From positions 86,924,001 to 86,988,000 of the forward strand of contig OX597820.1 of the NCBI GenBank assembly GCA_951406725.2: DNA of 64,000 nt, read 5' to 3'. Position 1 is the stretch's first letter. Each line of letters opens with the position of its first letter. The stretch is from Octopus vulgaris (lineage: Eukaryota). The notes under the pieces were generated by a model that saw only the letters and a list, made by a program, of their open reading frames with translations, was not told where the DNA came from and did not search any database. This document shows, in pieces, positions 35,152 through 47,238 of this stretch. The position numbers were made by a program, and so were the translations under genes.

Positions 35152-35930
35152 TACTGTAAAACACAAGTTTTGTCCTTGGGCAGCAACTGTTATTTCCTAT
35201 TTGCCTACCTCTAGAAAGTATAAACGATGGCTAATATTTCCTGCAAACTTTGCTTTTGTTACATTTATTCAAACCTCAAAGAATACTTCCCAACACATGG
35301 CTATGATGCTCCCCCACTACTCCTGCTCATGATCATCGATGCACATACTGTCAACCACTAATGGACATGCTCAAGTAGTTAAGGTCAAACAACTGACTAG
35401 CAAATTTGTGGTATTGACTGCTATAACGATATTTCTGCTCCAGCAACTCAATGTTGAATCTATCTGAAATGTAATCTTTATATATAAAAGTCAAGTTGTG
35501 TGTCTGTCTCCTACGATTTAGATTCCTAACTACTCCCACATTTTGCGGTGCAGTGTAACCAAAAGCGGGTATCTTATAGTCGTGATTCATATCGAGCCTA
35601 CGATGAGTCATTTTTTTCCATTTTAATGCATTTTTTCCGCTATTATATAAGGGAAGTAACTCTCTAAAAATGTCTACGATGAGTCAACGATTAAAAAAAA
35701 ATTACCATCATTTTTTTCCATTTTTAATGCATTTTTTTGCTATTTTTTGGCTATAACTCTCTAAAAATGCTTATATAGTTATTTCCCTTACAAACCCGAG
35801 CAACGCCGGGCGATACTGCTAGTGGAGAATAAATCAGTTTGAAAACATTGATGTCCGGATCACAAAAGCAAAGTTTGAAGTAATGGTAGTCATCTCCTTT
35901 GATGTCTAGATAAAAGCAAATAGGAAATGA
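35152..35930. mobile_element. MITE-like repeat interrupted by a Helitron
   Basis: Same family as 16288-16677, opposite orientation. Confidence 0.65.
35475..35822 (+). mobile_element. Non-autonomous Helitron (same family as 28633-29150)
   Basis: A|TCTTTATATATAAAAG...cccgagcaacgccgggcgatactgCTAG|T. Confidence 0.85.
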
Positions 35931-36234
35931 TACCTACTGAGTAAAGACAATAGATAAATAAATAATTAAAAATTTTGTTTCACACTGTAATGGGAATTAC
36001 TTTGTGACGTATTTATTAAATGCGCATCTTGTCCACAGTTTACTAAATATGTATTCTGTTGGTTACTTTAATAAAGTGAATTGTAATATGGGTGTGATGT
36101 GCAGTAGATAATGCGTAGCTAAGGAATATTAGGGAGGAAAGAAGGGTTGTATCACTTTTGTAAGAGCATATGCAGTTGGATGTGGTGGCAAAGGAGGCAT
36201 TGACGTGTAAATGGAAGAAAGTATAGGACAAAAC

Positions 36235-36975
36235 TAACCGCCGCTTTCTCTACTGGCAGATACTTTTGATATAAAAATCGGTGGTATTTTACGACAATTT
36301 ATTCAGAATTCCTGGTAAAACCTTTATCCTTTTCTTTCGAAACATCTGAAATTGACTGGAACTACAGAAGCCATTAGTTTTTGTTCTTCAATTTAAATAA
36401 ACGTCCAAGGGAAATTTGGCATTATGATTTTGTGTCGCAGCTTACTGCCGTTATTCATTACACTAAGGACTCTAATAATGGCTTCAAGTTTTGGCACAAT
36501 GTCTGAAATTTCGATGGAGCGGGTAGGTTGATTACATCGACCTTAGTACTCGACTGTTGCTTATTTTATCGACCCCGAAAGGATGAAAGAAAGGCAATGT
36601 CGACTTCGGCGGAATTTGAACTCAGAATGTAAAGACAAACGAAATACTGCTAAGCATTTTGACCGGTATGCTTGTCGCCTTATCAAGGACTCTAATAATG
36701 GCGTAGCTGATGCTTTATCCCATGTTCATGTGAATTCTCTGTACTCTAATTATTCTATCGATTTTGATAAAATAGCTATGGACCAAGAGTCGGATGAGGA
36801 ACTGCTACAACTAAAGAACTCTATATCATCTTTAGAATTTTGTCTAGTTCCCCTGCTGCTTCTACAAAGCATATTTGGTGCGATATTTCTACTAGTCATG
36901 AACGACCCATCGTACCTTTTAAGCATAGACGCTTATTTTCTTTCTGCTTTTCACAATTTATCTCGCCCTATTGAC
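36235..36975 (+). pseudogene. Old Gypsy pol relic (RNase H end to integrase start)
   Basis: PREIWHYDFVSQLTAVIHYTKDSNNGVADALSHVHVNS..IDFDKIAMDQESDEEL aligns by eye with PRAFRHLDYISQFTSDIRHVPGSENVPADALSR in the intact pol. Confidence 0.75.
36483..36684 (-). mobile_element. SINE family A inserted in the Gypsy relic
   Basis: 18-bp TSD aaggactctaataatggc at 36465-36482 and 36685-36702. Confidence 0.9.
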
Positions 36976-37045
36976 AGACTTTTTTTTAAAAAAAGGCTTT
37001 CATTTATGCAAATACACCTTACATCTTTACACACAACAACAAAAA

Positions 37046-37500
37046 TACGAGGGTAAGCTGAAAAGATCATAGGCTGACTATGAAGGAATTATGCTAGAGC
37101 TATAAAATCCTGCATGGCTTAATCTAAACTCTCCATATTGTTTCTTTCCAGTTAAACTGACACCTGACTGTTTAAGGAACACTTCAAAAGGAAATTAATC
37201 AGTTGCGACTTCTCTCGAAATTTTGCAAAATTTGGCATCGTGGTGATATCAAGTATCTACAGAAGAAAAGGGTTTACTCCTCACCACAAGGACATTCATG
37301 CTGACATGGTTGCTACATTAGGGGATGACGCCCCAGATTTACCAACAGTGCAAAAGTGAGCAACTGAATTTAGGAGGGGAAGGCAAAGTCTTGAAGATGA
37401 CCTAAGATGTGAACGTCCTGTAACTGCCACCACCGAGGAAAACATCGATCATGTTCACCACATGGTGATGGATGATAGGCGATTGACTATAAATCAAACT
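37046..37500 (+). mobile_element. mariner 5' fragment
   Basis: TIR-like tacgagggtaagctgaaaag; MVATLGDDAP..PTVQK*ATEFRRGRQSLEDD..CERPVTATTEENIDHVHHMVMDDRRLT. Confidence 0.8.
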
Positions 37501-39111
37501 AGAGCCACTCAGTACTCCACGCGAAATAATGTCACTTTGCTTAGTGCATCGGTCTCTCGCCTTCTTTCCTTTTGTCTTACTTAACATTGTTATATCATGT
37601 TCAGTAAAAAATACCAATCTTGAATTGTAATGTGGAATCACGCACACATCACTAATAAACAGTAGTTTTTAACATTTTAAAACTTTTTCTCCTTTAATAA
37701 TTATACACTTTCATAATATCATCCAGTATGTCGTGCTAGAAAAGATCTCTATTATGTATGCTGTTTCATGGAAGTTATAGGTGCACATGTAAATACAAAC
37801 CATGCCTGTGAAATAAAATATATGAAAACCCGAGTATTAGTATCATCATTCTTGTCTTCTTATGCATCCTACTTCGAATTGAGGACTACAAACGAAGAGT
37901 TATTGACTGAAAATCCACACTAAAAGATAACGGAATCTTAGGTAAGTCATATAAGTAAAAGACGGGATAGTCATGGCTGGAACTCTTTTGATCTTGATCT
38001 TAAGTCTACTCGATCATGGCCGACCAGGAGTTACACAACAGCAGCAGCAACAACAACACATAAATAATCGTTGTAAATATGAATTAAAAATCAGACAACT
38101 TTTCGTTGGCTTGAATCCAGGATGTTGCTTCTCATCTGTAAAAGTTATCGATTTCTACAGATAACAAATGTAAACAATCGATCAGTTAAACAGCGAAATT
38201 TAAGAGCATTCAATAGTTTTAACATTCCTTATAATCTATCCAAGAAAGAGATTGTCTGTTATTTTTATATTTTCCTTTTTTTTTTTTTTTATTTATTTCT
38301 CAAGTGTCTAGGATTCACCATGTTGTCTATCGTAGAAACACTACATATTAATTTCCGGAGGAAATATTCATACAGGATCGACGAAACCCTATAGATGTTT
38401 ACAAATAGATATTATCACCCAATAAATCGAAATAAAAATGTCCCGACTATTTCAGAGTAGTGTTGGCACGACTGTTTATGAGATTAGTCGTAACTTCTCT
38501 CACAAGGAAAGACTAATTTCCGATTCATTATTTAAACCTTACGAAATACAGTTAAATATCCAACGTATTTTATTTCAAAACACCATTGCCTTTCCCTATT
38601 AATTTCCCCCATTGTTACAAGTGACGACTACTGTCGGTTGCGAATAAAATTATTCAGCATGGAAAAGTTAGATTATTTCTGAATCATATTAAATATAGTT
38701 CACATACTTTTACATTCCTTATTTCCATTTGGATTCATACTTCTATGAAATGTAAACAACTATTTTAGGATGCCTCAGCGAATTACTCCCTAGTTACTGA
38801 AATCGCACTATACTGTCTTTAAAAAGTAGGACGCAATAGACAATATAATTCTACATACACTACATCTAAAAAAAAAAAAAAAGGTTGGAATGGTCGCAAC
38901 TTGAATGCTTTTGAATATAAGTTGATTTGGACCAAAAACAACAACTACAGCCATTATTATTTAATATATATACGGGCTAATAAGGGAGAGAGATGAAGCG
39001 GTGCCCAGCAAGAAATAATAGCCAAATCATACCACACCGTTTTGAATATAGACGAATGTAACGGAATGGTTATGATTCTGAAAAGTAGGCTAATCGACAG
39101 TAACAATATCA

Positions 39112-39176
<65 letters not shown>

Positions 39177-39273
39177 CGGGAAGCTTTATGAAAATAGACA
39201 AAAGACGAAGGCAGGTGGAAAACAAACAAACAATTGTATTAGTATGGCGCTCAGGAAATATAAATAAAACAAG

Positions 39274-39311
39274 TCTTTAACGTTTCGAGCCTACGCTCTT
39301 CAACAGAAAGA
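39274..39311 (-). ncRNA. Minimal type I hammerhead-like motif (PLE type)
   Basis: ucuuu-CUGUUGA-a-GAGC guag GCUC-GAAA-CG-UU-aaaga; A6 replaced by U. Confidence 0.6.
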
Positions 39312-39530
39312 TACACAGAGAGAAAAAAAACACAGAAAGAAGGAGAGAAAAAAAATGCGTGAGTAACTAACGAATCAACATGGCGATCTGATTTCGGCCA
39401 GAGGTCAAAGATTAAACATGAGACGCGAGAGCGAAATAAGGGGAGATAATAGGGTTGATAATAGGGTTGATAATAGGGTTGAATGACCCTAGGATAGGTC
39501 TGGACAGGCGTATGTATGGGGTTGGTGTAT

Positions 39531-39737
39531 GTATTAGTATGTATTAGTATGTATTAGTATGTATTAGTACGTATTAGTATGTATAAGTGTGTGTGTGTGT
39601 ATGAGAGAGTATAAGTGCGTATGAGGGGTCTGGACGTGTGTATGTATAGGGTTGGTGTATGTATTAGTATGTATTAGTATGTATTAGTATGTATTAGTAC
39701 GTATTAGTATGTATTAGTTGGTGTATGTATTAGTATG
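39531..39737. repeat. (GTATTAGTAT)n 10-bp minisatellite, two blocks
   Basis: Direct inspection; inside the PLE 3' UTR. Confidence 0.85.
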
Positions 39738-40056
39738 GCACATCATATATGATGTGATGTGTAAAGTTGTGTGGTGTAGTGAGGAGAAGAGGGGGAGGGG
39801 GAGGAGAAGGGGGAGAGAAGGGGATGGGAAGAAGAGGGGGAGGAGAGGGGGAAGAGGAGAGGAAGGGAGAGAGAGGAGGGGGGAGGAAGGAGGAAAGAGG
39901 GGGAGGGGGAGAGAGAAGGGGAGTGAGGGAGCAGAGGGAAGAGGGAAGGAGGGAGGGAGAAAGAGGGAAGAAGGGAAGGGGAGTAGGGGTGAAAGGATAA
40001 AGGACTGAAGAAGTAGGGGTCGGGGGGAAGGATATGTGAGGAGGGGGAGAGGGGGG

Positions 40057-40592
40057 TTAGATGAGGAGGGGGGGAGACTTGAGACCAAATGGCGTATAAG
40101 AGCGAAGAGAGAAGATTAATTCCTGTTCACGGCGCAAACGGGAATCCGGATGGCCTCTGTGTAAGGACAAACCGAACACAGATAGGTGTTGCAAGGAGTG
40201 ACCGGTGGAGCGGAAATGGCGTGAGACCGGTGTGTCGTTCGCAAGGTGGATGTCACGAAGGTGTTCCGCGAACCGGTCAGCCAAGCGGCGTCCCGTTTGT
40301 CCGATGTACAAGGAATTGCAGAGAGAGCAAGAGACGCAATATATAATATTGCTGGAGGTGCAGGTGAAGGAGTGGATGATGGGATAGGGTCGATGGTGGG
40401 TGCTAGTGAGGCGGGTGGTGTTGGAGAGGTAAGGGCAAGTGCGGCAACGTGGGCGGGAGCAGGGGAACGAGCCGGGTTGGGAGGTAGGGTCAGGGAAGGA
40501 GCTATGGACCAAAAGGTCTCGAAGGTTGTGGGCTCGTTTGAAAGAGGGGAGGGGTCGGTTAGGGAAGAGGTGTGAAGTGGACGGGTCGGACT

Positions 40593-40593
<1 letters not shown>
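40057..40593 (-). pseudogene. PLE GIY-YIG endonuclease fragment (open frame)
   Basis: FKRAHNLRDLLV, CSRPRCRTC, FTCTSSNIIYCVSCSLC..LYIGQTGRRLADRFAEH, PVSRHF, RLRREQELIFSL..P.GL. Confidence 0.92.
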
Positions 40594-40637
<44 letters not shown>

Positions 40638-40642
40638 CAGTA

Positions 40643-40959
40643 GTGAAGGGGTTAGTGGTTAGGGCATTCGGCTCACGATTGTAAGGTCGTGAGTTCGATT
40701 CCCGGCGACACGTTGTGTCCTTGAGCAAGACACTTTATTTCACATTGCTCCAGTTCACTCAGCTGGTAAAAATGAGTTGTACTTGTATTTCAAAGGGCCG
40801 GCCTTGTCACACTCTGTGTCACACTGAATCTCCCTGAGAACTACGTTAGGGGTACGCGTGTCTGCGGATTGCTCAGTCACTTGCACGTAAATTTCACGAG
40901 CAAGTTGTTCCGTTGATCGTATCAGCTGGGACCCTCGTCGACGTAACCGACGGAGTGCT

Positions 40960-40961
<2 letters not shown>
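40643..40961 (+). mobile_element. SINE family D (V-like centre, family-C tail)
   Basis: tRNA head, gtgtccttgagcaagacactttatttcac, tail ...gtaaccgacggagtgct. Confidence 0.85.
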
Positions 40962-41034
<73 letters not shown>

Positions 41035-41049
41035 GTATATGTATATATG

Positions 41050-41088
<39 letters not shown>

Positions 41089-42289
41089 TTATATATGTAT
41101 TTTTATATATATATATATATGTATATATATGTATGTATGTATATATGTATGTATGTATGTATGCAGGAACAATCGAATATGTATTCGATTGTTCCTGCAC
41201 AATCGAACGTGAAAGCAAACCATTACTACAAAATATCGTATAGGAGAACTTCTAACAGACGACAGGTAAACAACATATTTGTTCTAGGGAACAGAAGTAG
41301 ACTATTAGATCCATTACTTGAAAAACAGATAAGGCTTAACGACAGGCAGAGTACCTCATGTTTGCATGGACAAACGGATTTAAAAATGAATGAATTGGCG
41401 AACTACATACATACATACATACATACATACATACATACATACATACATTCATACATACATACATACATACATACATACATACGTACTTTGCGAAAAACAG
41501 GATGGCCACACCTGGAATACTTTTGATCATAGGCCTGCTAGATAAAGGCTGAGACGAAATAACAACAACAATAGTAACAACAACCGCGGACGTTAGTAAT
41601 AAAGTCTGGAGAATAGGAGGTGGGTTAGCTCTTTCAGTGACATAAGATGGATTTCCAAGTATAGCCTTTTCCTTTCTTAGTCTGTCTGTCTCTGTCTCTC
41701 TCTCTCCCCCTTCCGCCCTCCCTTCTCTCTACCTCTCTCCCTGTCTCTCTCTCCTGTAAATATATAAATGAGAGTCTGAGAAATCTAAAGATGGTTTGTG
41801 TTGACAAAAATAATTTCTCTCTGTAATGAAGGACTCCAAACGTCAACAGTCTTATCTCTCTCCATGACATACGAACTTATTCAAACAGTTAACCTTTTTC
41901 TTTCGTCGATGCTCTTGAGTAAGTTGCGGCTGTCATAATTCCTATTCTTTGTTTAGTTAAGCTAATTGAGCTGATCACTTGATAATTGCATCTCTGATCC
42001 TGAAAGGTCAAGTAGTTGATTATATACTGAACTGGTGTCAGGTATAAATAGATATTCTTTACACGAGAAAGTTAATCATGAATCAAGTGGAGATGTCTCG
42101 TCAAGCTGATACTGCGAACAGTTTCAATTCTCAGTCGAATCGCTTTACTTTTGTTACGCCTCTAATATTCTTAAGAATGAACAACACAACATCGACTATT
42201 GATCTGAAATACAGGCCATTTCTGTATTTAGTAAAAACTAAATTGAAAGTTAGCTTTGCCTTAATATGTTCGTTTTGACTTATTTAGTG

Positions 42290-42573
42290 AATATCACCGT
42301 GATCACCGTGACCGACCAGGCTATCAGATGTTGCTACACATCGTTGGTCATAATGCGCTTCGCATTGTTTTAGCCTTCAAATGACGCCACCCCTCTGGCT
42401 AAGCGAGCAGGCCAACAGAAGAAAGAGTGAGAGAAAATTGTGGCTAAAGAGTACAACAGGGATCGCCACTACCCCTGCCGGAGCCTCGTAGAGTTTTAGG
42501 TGTTTTCGCTCAATATAACACTCGCAACGCCGCGAGTCCGCTGCACCTAAACACTGGGCCATTGCGCCTCCAC
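42290..42573 (-). mobile_element. SINE with family-C head/centre and a different tail
   Basis: ggcccattgcgcctccac end and ccctgccggagcctcgt centre; tail gaccaggctatcagatgttgctacac. Confidence 0.75.
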
Positions 42574-42966
42574 ATCTTTCGTTAATATAAATGGAGCTAT
42601 ATTCGTCTGAATTGAATATTAGGTGATATTAAATATTAAAATAATGTCAGATTTTTCTTGTTCCAGTTGAAAAATTTGTGTTTGTGTTTGCTTTTGCTTT
42701 TGCAATGCAGTCTTGATTTCTTGTAAGAAATATTTAAAGTAAAAAGGAAAGGATGGATGGAAACATCGCTGACCCCTTTTTAGTACCCCTGAGACTGGTG
42801 GTGGTGGAAAGATATATTCAGACTGGGGGTCTGGTCCGAATAATTGAAACTCTGTGGTCTCAGGTAAAGACACCCAAGGAATTGGTGAGGAATTTTCAAA
42901 ACGGATCACAGGTGTCATCTGAAACGGTTGACTTCTTATTCGCAATATATTGACCATATTTTTTTT

Positions 42967-43182
42967 AAGGTGGTGAGCTGGCAGAATCGCTAGCGGACCG
43001 GGAAAAATACTTAGCGCCATTTCGTTCGTCTTCATGTTCTGAGTTCAAATTCCACCGAGGTCGACTTTGCCGTTCATCCTTTCGGAGTCGATAAAATAAG
43101 TACCAGTTGAACATTGGAGTCGATGTAATCGACTAACCCCATCCCTCGAAATTGCAGGCCTTGTGCCACAAATTGAAACCAA
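42967..43182 (+). mobile_element. SINE family A
   Basis: aaggtggtgagctggcagaatcg...gagttcaaattcc...ggccttgtgcc. Confidence 0.85.
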
Positions 43183-43389
43183 TATTTTGCCATGTCTTTG
43201 AATGTGGCAAAATGGAAAGTTGTTCTTATCAATGTCAGGATGTCAAAAATTTGATTTTGGTCGGTTCAGGTAGTTGACACCTCTCAACCGCGACGCCTTA
43301 TCCACTAGTAACGTTGCAAAATCGAAACAAACTACTCAGTTTTCGCCCACGTGATGGAAAACAAGATATATATATATATATAAATATAT

Positions 43390-43801
43390 TCTTTTATTCT
43401 TTTACTTGTTTCAGTCATTTGACTGCGGCCATGCTGGGGCACTACCTTTAGTCGAACAAATCGACCCCTGGTCTTATTCTTTGTAAGCCTAGTACTTATT
43501 CTATCGATTCCTTTTGCCGAACCGCTAAGTTACGGGGACATAAACACTCCAACATCTGTTGTCAAGCGATGGTGGAGAGATAACCACAGATACACACACA
43601 TGCAAACTGAAAGAAATTCATCGTATATATATATATATATATATATATACGACGAACTTCTTTCAGTTTTCGTCTACCAAATCCATTCACAAGGATTTGG
43701 TCGGTCGGAGGCTACAGTAGAAGAGACTAGCACAAGGTGCCATACAGTGGGACTGAACCTTGAACCATATGGCTGGGAAGCAAGCTTCTTACCATACAGC
43801 C
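43390..43801 (-). mobile_element. SINE family B
   Basis: Full tail-microsatellite-head layout. Confidence 0.85.
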
Positions 43802-43940
43802 AAAAGCGAAAAAAACCCCTGAATTTCTTTTAAATATCTGTTTTAGAAAACAACCCACTTGTATAAAGTTTTTGACATTTTATATTTTTTTTATAGCACA
43901 AGATTAGTTTTTTTTTTTTTTCAATTGACATCCATTGTTT

Positions 43941-44185
43941 AAGGCGGCGATCTAACAGAATCGTTAGCATACCGGAAAAAATGCTTACCGGCATTTTATC
44001 TGTCTTTATTCTCTGAGTGGAAATTCCGCAGAGGTCAACTTAAACTTTCACCATTTTGGGGGTGTTGGTGGTGGAGTGGTGGTGGTGGGTCGATGAAATA
44101 AGTACCAGTTAAGCACTGGAGTCGACGTAATCAATTTATTCCCTCCATCAAAATTGCTGGCCTTGAGCCAAACTTTGAAACCAGT
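43941..44185 (+). mobile_element. SINE family A (old)
   Basis: aaggcggcgatctaacagaatcgttagc...aagtaccagttaagcactgg. Confidence 0.75.
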
Positions 44186-44359
44186 TGATCTCATTGTGGA
44201 GGCGTTTAAATTACATTACAAGCAATGTAATCTAACCAAAATATGTTGGTTATTCTAATTAGTTTTGATTATGTATTAAATACTGTTCCGTATATTTACA
44301 GAAACTTCTTGATGTAAAGAGAAAAATAATAAGTAAAGGTAGAAGAGGTGAAGAGTGTA

Positions 44360-45050
44360 TAACAAAGAATATAGTTTTCAAAGATATTCTCCCTTAAGAC
44401 CGCATTTTCAAATTGTCTGCATTGAATTTATGCCATTTCAAAAACTTAACGCTTAAAAATATATAATTTTGTATTTCATGATTTTCTATATATTTTCAAG
44501 AATCTTTCAGATCTCAAAATAATCATGGTATTTCTACGGCAACTGCAAATATTTTTAACCAATTTAAAATGTATTCTTTTCTTCGCAACTTCAGTTTCCT
44601 TTTGATCTCCACAGTATTTTATCTAATTTTTTATGCGTTGGAGCGTATTTATTACTATAATTTCCACTGTTGTTTTCTAACGGTTTGTTGAAGCGCCACC
44701 AAGAGTTATCGTCAATTCATTTGCGAATTCGTTGGTTATTCTTTTTTATTTTTGTTGGATAGCATTGTTTTTGCTTGTCTTTTTTCAGATTTGTTCTTTT
44801 TTTTTCAGAAATTGCTTGCTCATCTATCATTTTTCATTTTCATGCAGCAGTGATTCTGTCTGCTTGTCTATTACGTAAATTCATCCAGTATATCCTGTTA
44901 TGCTACAGTTGTCCATTTGTTTTTTGATAGAACCTAAGATTACTGGCTGGAAGGCATGGTTTCGTACCCAGCTTGCAGCATAAAATAGTATCTACACTCA
45001 TGAAACGGGTTATTTGATTTGATATTGGGTTACATATTCTAACGTCACCA
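44360..45050 (-). pseudogene. Possible LINE AP-endonuclease relic
   Basis: YAPT-like codons at ~44635-44650; heavily decayed. Confidence 0.3.
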
Positions 45051-45073
45051 GTTTAAATCCTTGCAGATATTAC

Positions 45074-45455
45074 AATTCTATATTTAAGAGATCAGGAATT
45101 ATGTACATTATTTACATTATTTACATTTGACGGATATTTGTCCTCATCTTGTTTGTTGTTATGCCCTCCAGCCTTCATCAGGTGTCTTGGGGGAAATTTC
45201 GAACCTGGGTTCTCATTCCTAAAGTATTTCCGATATTTATTATTATTATTATTATTATTATCACCATCATTCAGGTCGCTGCCTGGAATCGAACTCGGAA
45301 TCTTGGGGTTAGTAGCCCGCGCTCTTAACCACTACGCCATATGCCATGCCAAATCAGACTGGAGTCTGGTGCAGCCCCTACCCAGCTTACTAGTTTCAGT
45401 CAACATTAACAACAAAGATGAGGACAAATATCCGTCAAATGTAAATAATGTAAAT
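45074..45455 (-). mobile_element. tRNA-headed element with half hammerhead and inverted tail copy
   Basis: Head ggcatatggcgtagtggttaag...gagttcgattcc (45271-45345), (TAA)n, gacacCTGATGAaggctgg (CTGATGA at 45175-45181); tail 45103-45161 repeated inverted at 45407-45455. Confidence 0.7.
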
Positions 45456-45929
45456 CCTTGTAGATATGTATATGTTCTGTATCTGTGAGGCAAATCTCAT
45501 TATTACTTGTATTTCATGGGTATGTTTAAATCGTTGTTATATACTTGGGTACAATATTTTATCCTACATTGCTTCAGTTAACCTAGGTTTGGTTTTTGTT
45601 GTTCAACCCTGAATCTGCTGATATATGATCAAACATTTTCTAGCCTTGACTGTTGTCTCTTATTTTCAGCAAGAACTAATCTAGTATTACATTATTTAAA
45701 GTACTGGTTTGTTCATCAAGATCAGTAATTCCCAATCTTTTCACTTCCAAGAATTCTTATTTAAACGTATTTTGCTATAGTCTAGGGTTTTGGACGTTGT
45801 GTTTATTTAAATTTTGATCTTAGCTCACGGACCTTCAGTACTACCTTTGTGAATTCCGAAGATCTGCAGATTCGAGGTTTGCAACCTCCGATCTAGATGC
45901 TTAAATATGGTACTAAATTTCTTGGGGAT

Positions 45930-46405
45930 GTGCTTGAGAAGACCCATCAAGCCAAATGAAATCGTAGTCGTGGCCGATGCCGGTGTCACGTAACTGGTAA
46001 CCATGCCGGTGTCACGTAACTGGTACCCATGCCGGTGTCACGTAACTGGTATCCATGCCAGTGTCACGTAACTGGTAATCATGCCGGTGTCACGTAACTG
46101 GTAACCATGCCGGTGTCACGTAACTGGTAACCATGCTGGTGTCACGTAACTGGTACCCATGCCGGTGTCACGTAACTGGTACCCGTGCCGGTGTCACGTA
46201 AATGGCATCCATGCCGGTGGCACGTAAAAGTCACCCATTACACTCTTAGAGTGGTTGGTGTTAGGAAGGACATCCAGCCGTAGAAACCATGCCAAATCAG
46301 ACTGGAGTCTGGTGTAGCCTCCCCCCCTCAGCTTACCGGTTTCAGTCAAACCGTCTAACCCATGCCAACATAGAAAGCAGACGCTAAATGATGATGATGA
46401 TGATG
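45930..46405 (+). mobile_element. SINE/LINE 3' tail (RTE-like) ending in (TGA)n
   Basis: gtggttggtgttaggaaggacatccagccgtagaaacc...gacgctaaatgatgatgatg. Confidence 0.7.
45978..46229 (+). repeat. 26-bp tandem minisatellite, 9 units plus a partial unit
   Basis: tgccggtgtcacgtaactggta(a/c/t)cca repeated at 26-bp period. Confidence 0.95.
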
Positions 46406-46822
46406 TAACCTACGATATCGGCAAGATTAATCTTTCATCATTTTCAGATTAATAAACTATAGCTAAACATGGTCCCATAAAAGTCTCGTGTCCATGAGAA
46501 AGTCATTTCACCCCAGAAACTAAATTAATCTAATTTCTTGTAAGTACAGCTTCGGTAGAAATTAGTTAACTGCAGTAGGCTGTGCGACCCCTGTAGAATT
46601 AACGAGTGCTTCGGACAAATCCCCTAGTGGATGCTGGATCAGGATAACATTACCCACGGGTCCATCTTTGTCCATTTTAGCAGCATCATAATAACCATCA
46701 CTGCTGCTGCCACTCTCGTCACTACTACCACGACCACCGTCACCACCACGATCACCATCACCATGGTCACCACCGGTTCCCTCACCACCACTAACACTAC
46801 CATCACCCCACAGTCACTACCA

Positions 46823-47238
46823 ATTTCTTTACTACCCACAAGGGGCTAAATACAGAGAGGACAAACATGGACAGACAAAGGGATTAAGTCGATTATATCG
46901 ACCCCAGTTCGTAACTGGTACTTGTTTAATCGACCCTGAAAGGATGAAAGGCAAAGTCGACCTCGGCGGAATTTGAACTCAGAACGTAGCGGCAGGCGAA
47001 ATACCTATTTCTTTACTACCCTCAAGGGGCTAAACACAGAGGAGACAAACAAGGACAGACAAACGGATTAAGTCGAATACATCGACCCCAGTGTGTAACT
47101 GGTACTTAATTTATCGACCCCGAAAGTATGAATGGCAAAGTCAACCTCGGCGGAATTTGAACTCAGAACGTAACGGCAGACGAAATACTGCTACGCATTT
47201 CGCCCGGCGTGCTAACGCTTCTGCCAGCCCGTTGCCTT
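46823..47238 (-). mobile_element. SINE family A with duplicated body, single insertion
   Basis: One head plus two bodies bounded by a 17-bp TSD ccccacagtcactacca (46806-46822, 47239-47255). Confidence 0.9.

Larger units (their letters stand above)
39177..40593 (-). mobile_element. 5'-truncated Penelope-like element in (TA)n
   Basis: GIY-YIG ORF, pyrimidine-rich 3' UTR with 10-bp repeats, hammerhead motif near 3' end; (TA)n on both sides. Confidence 0.9.

Noticed and set aside
45978-46229. CRISPR-like regular array
   Set aside because: No unique spacers and no cas genes; a head-to-tail minisatellite in eukaryotic DNA
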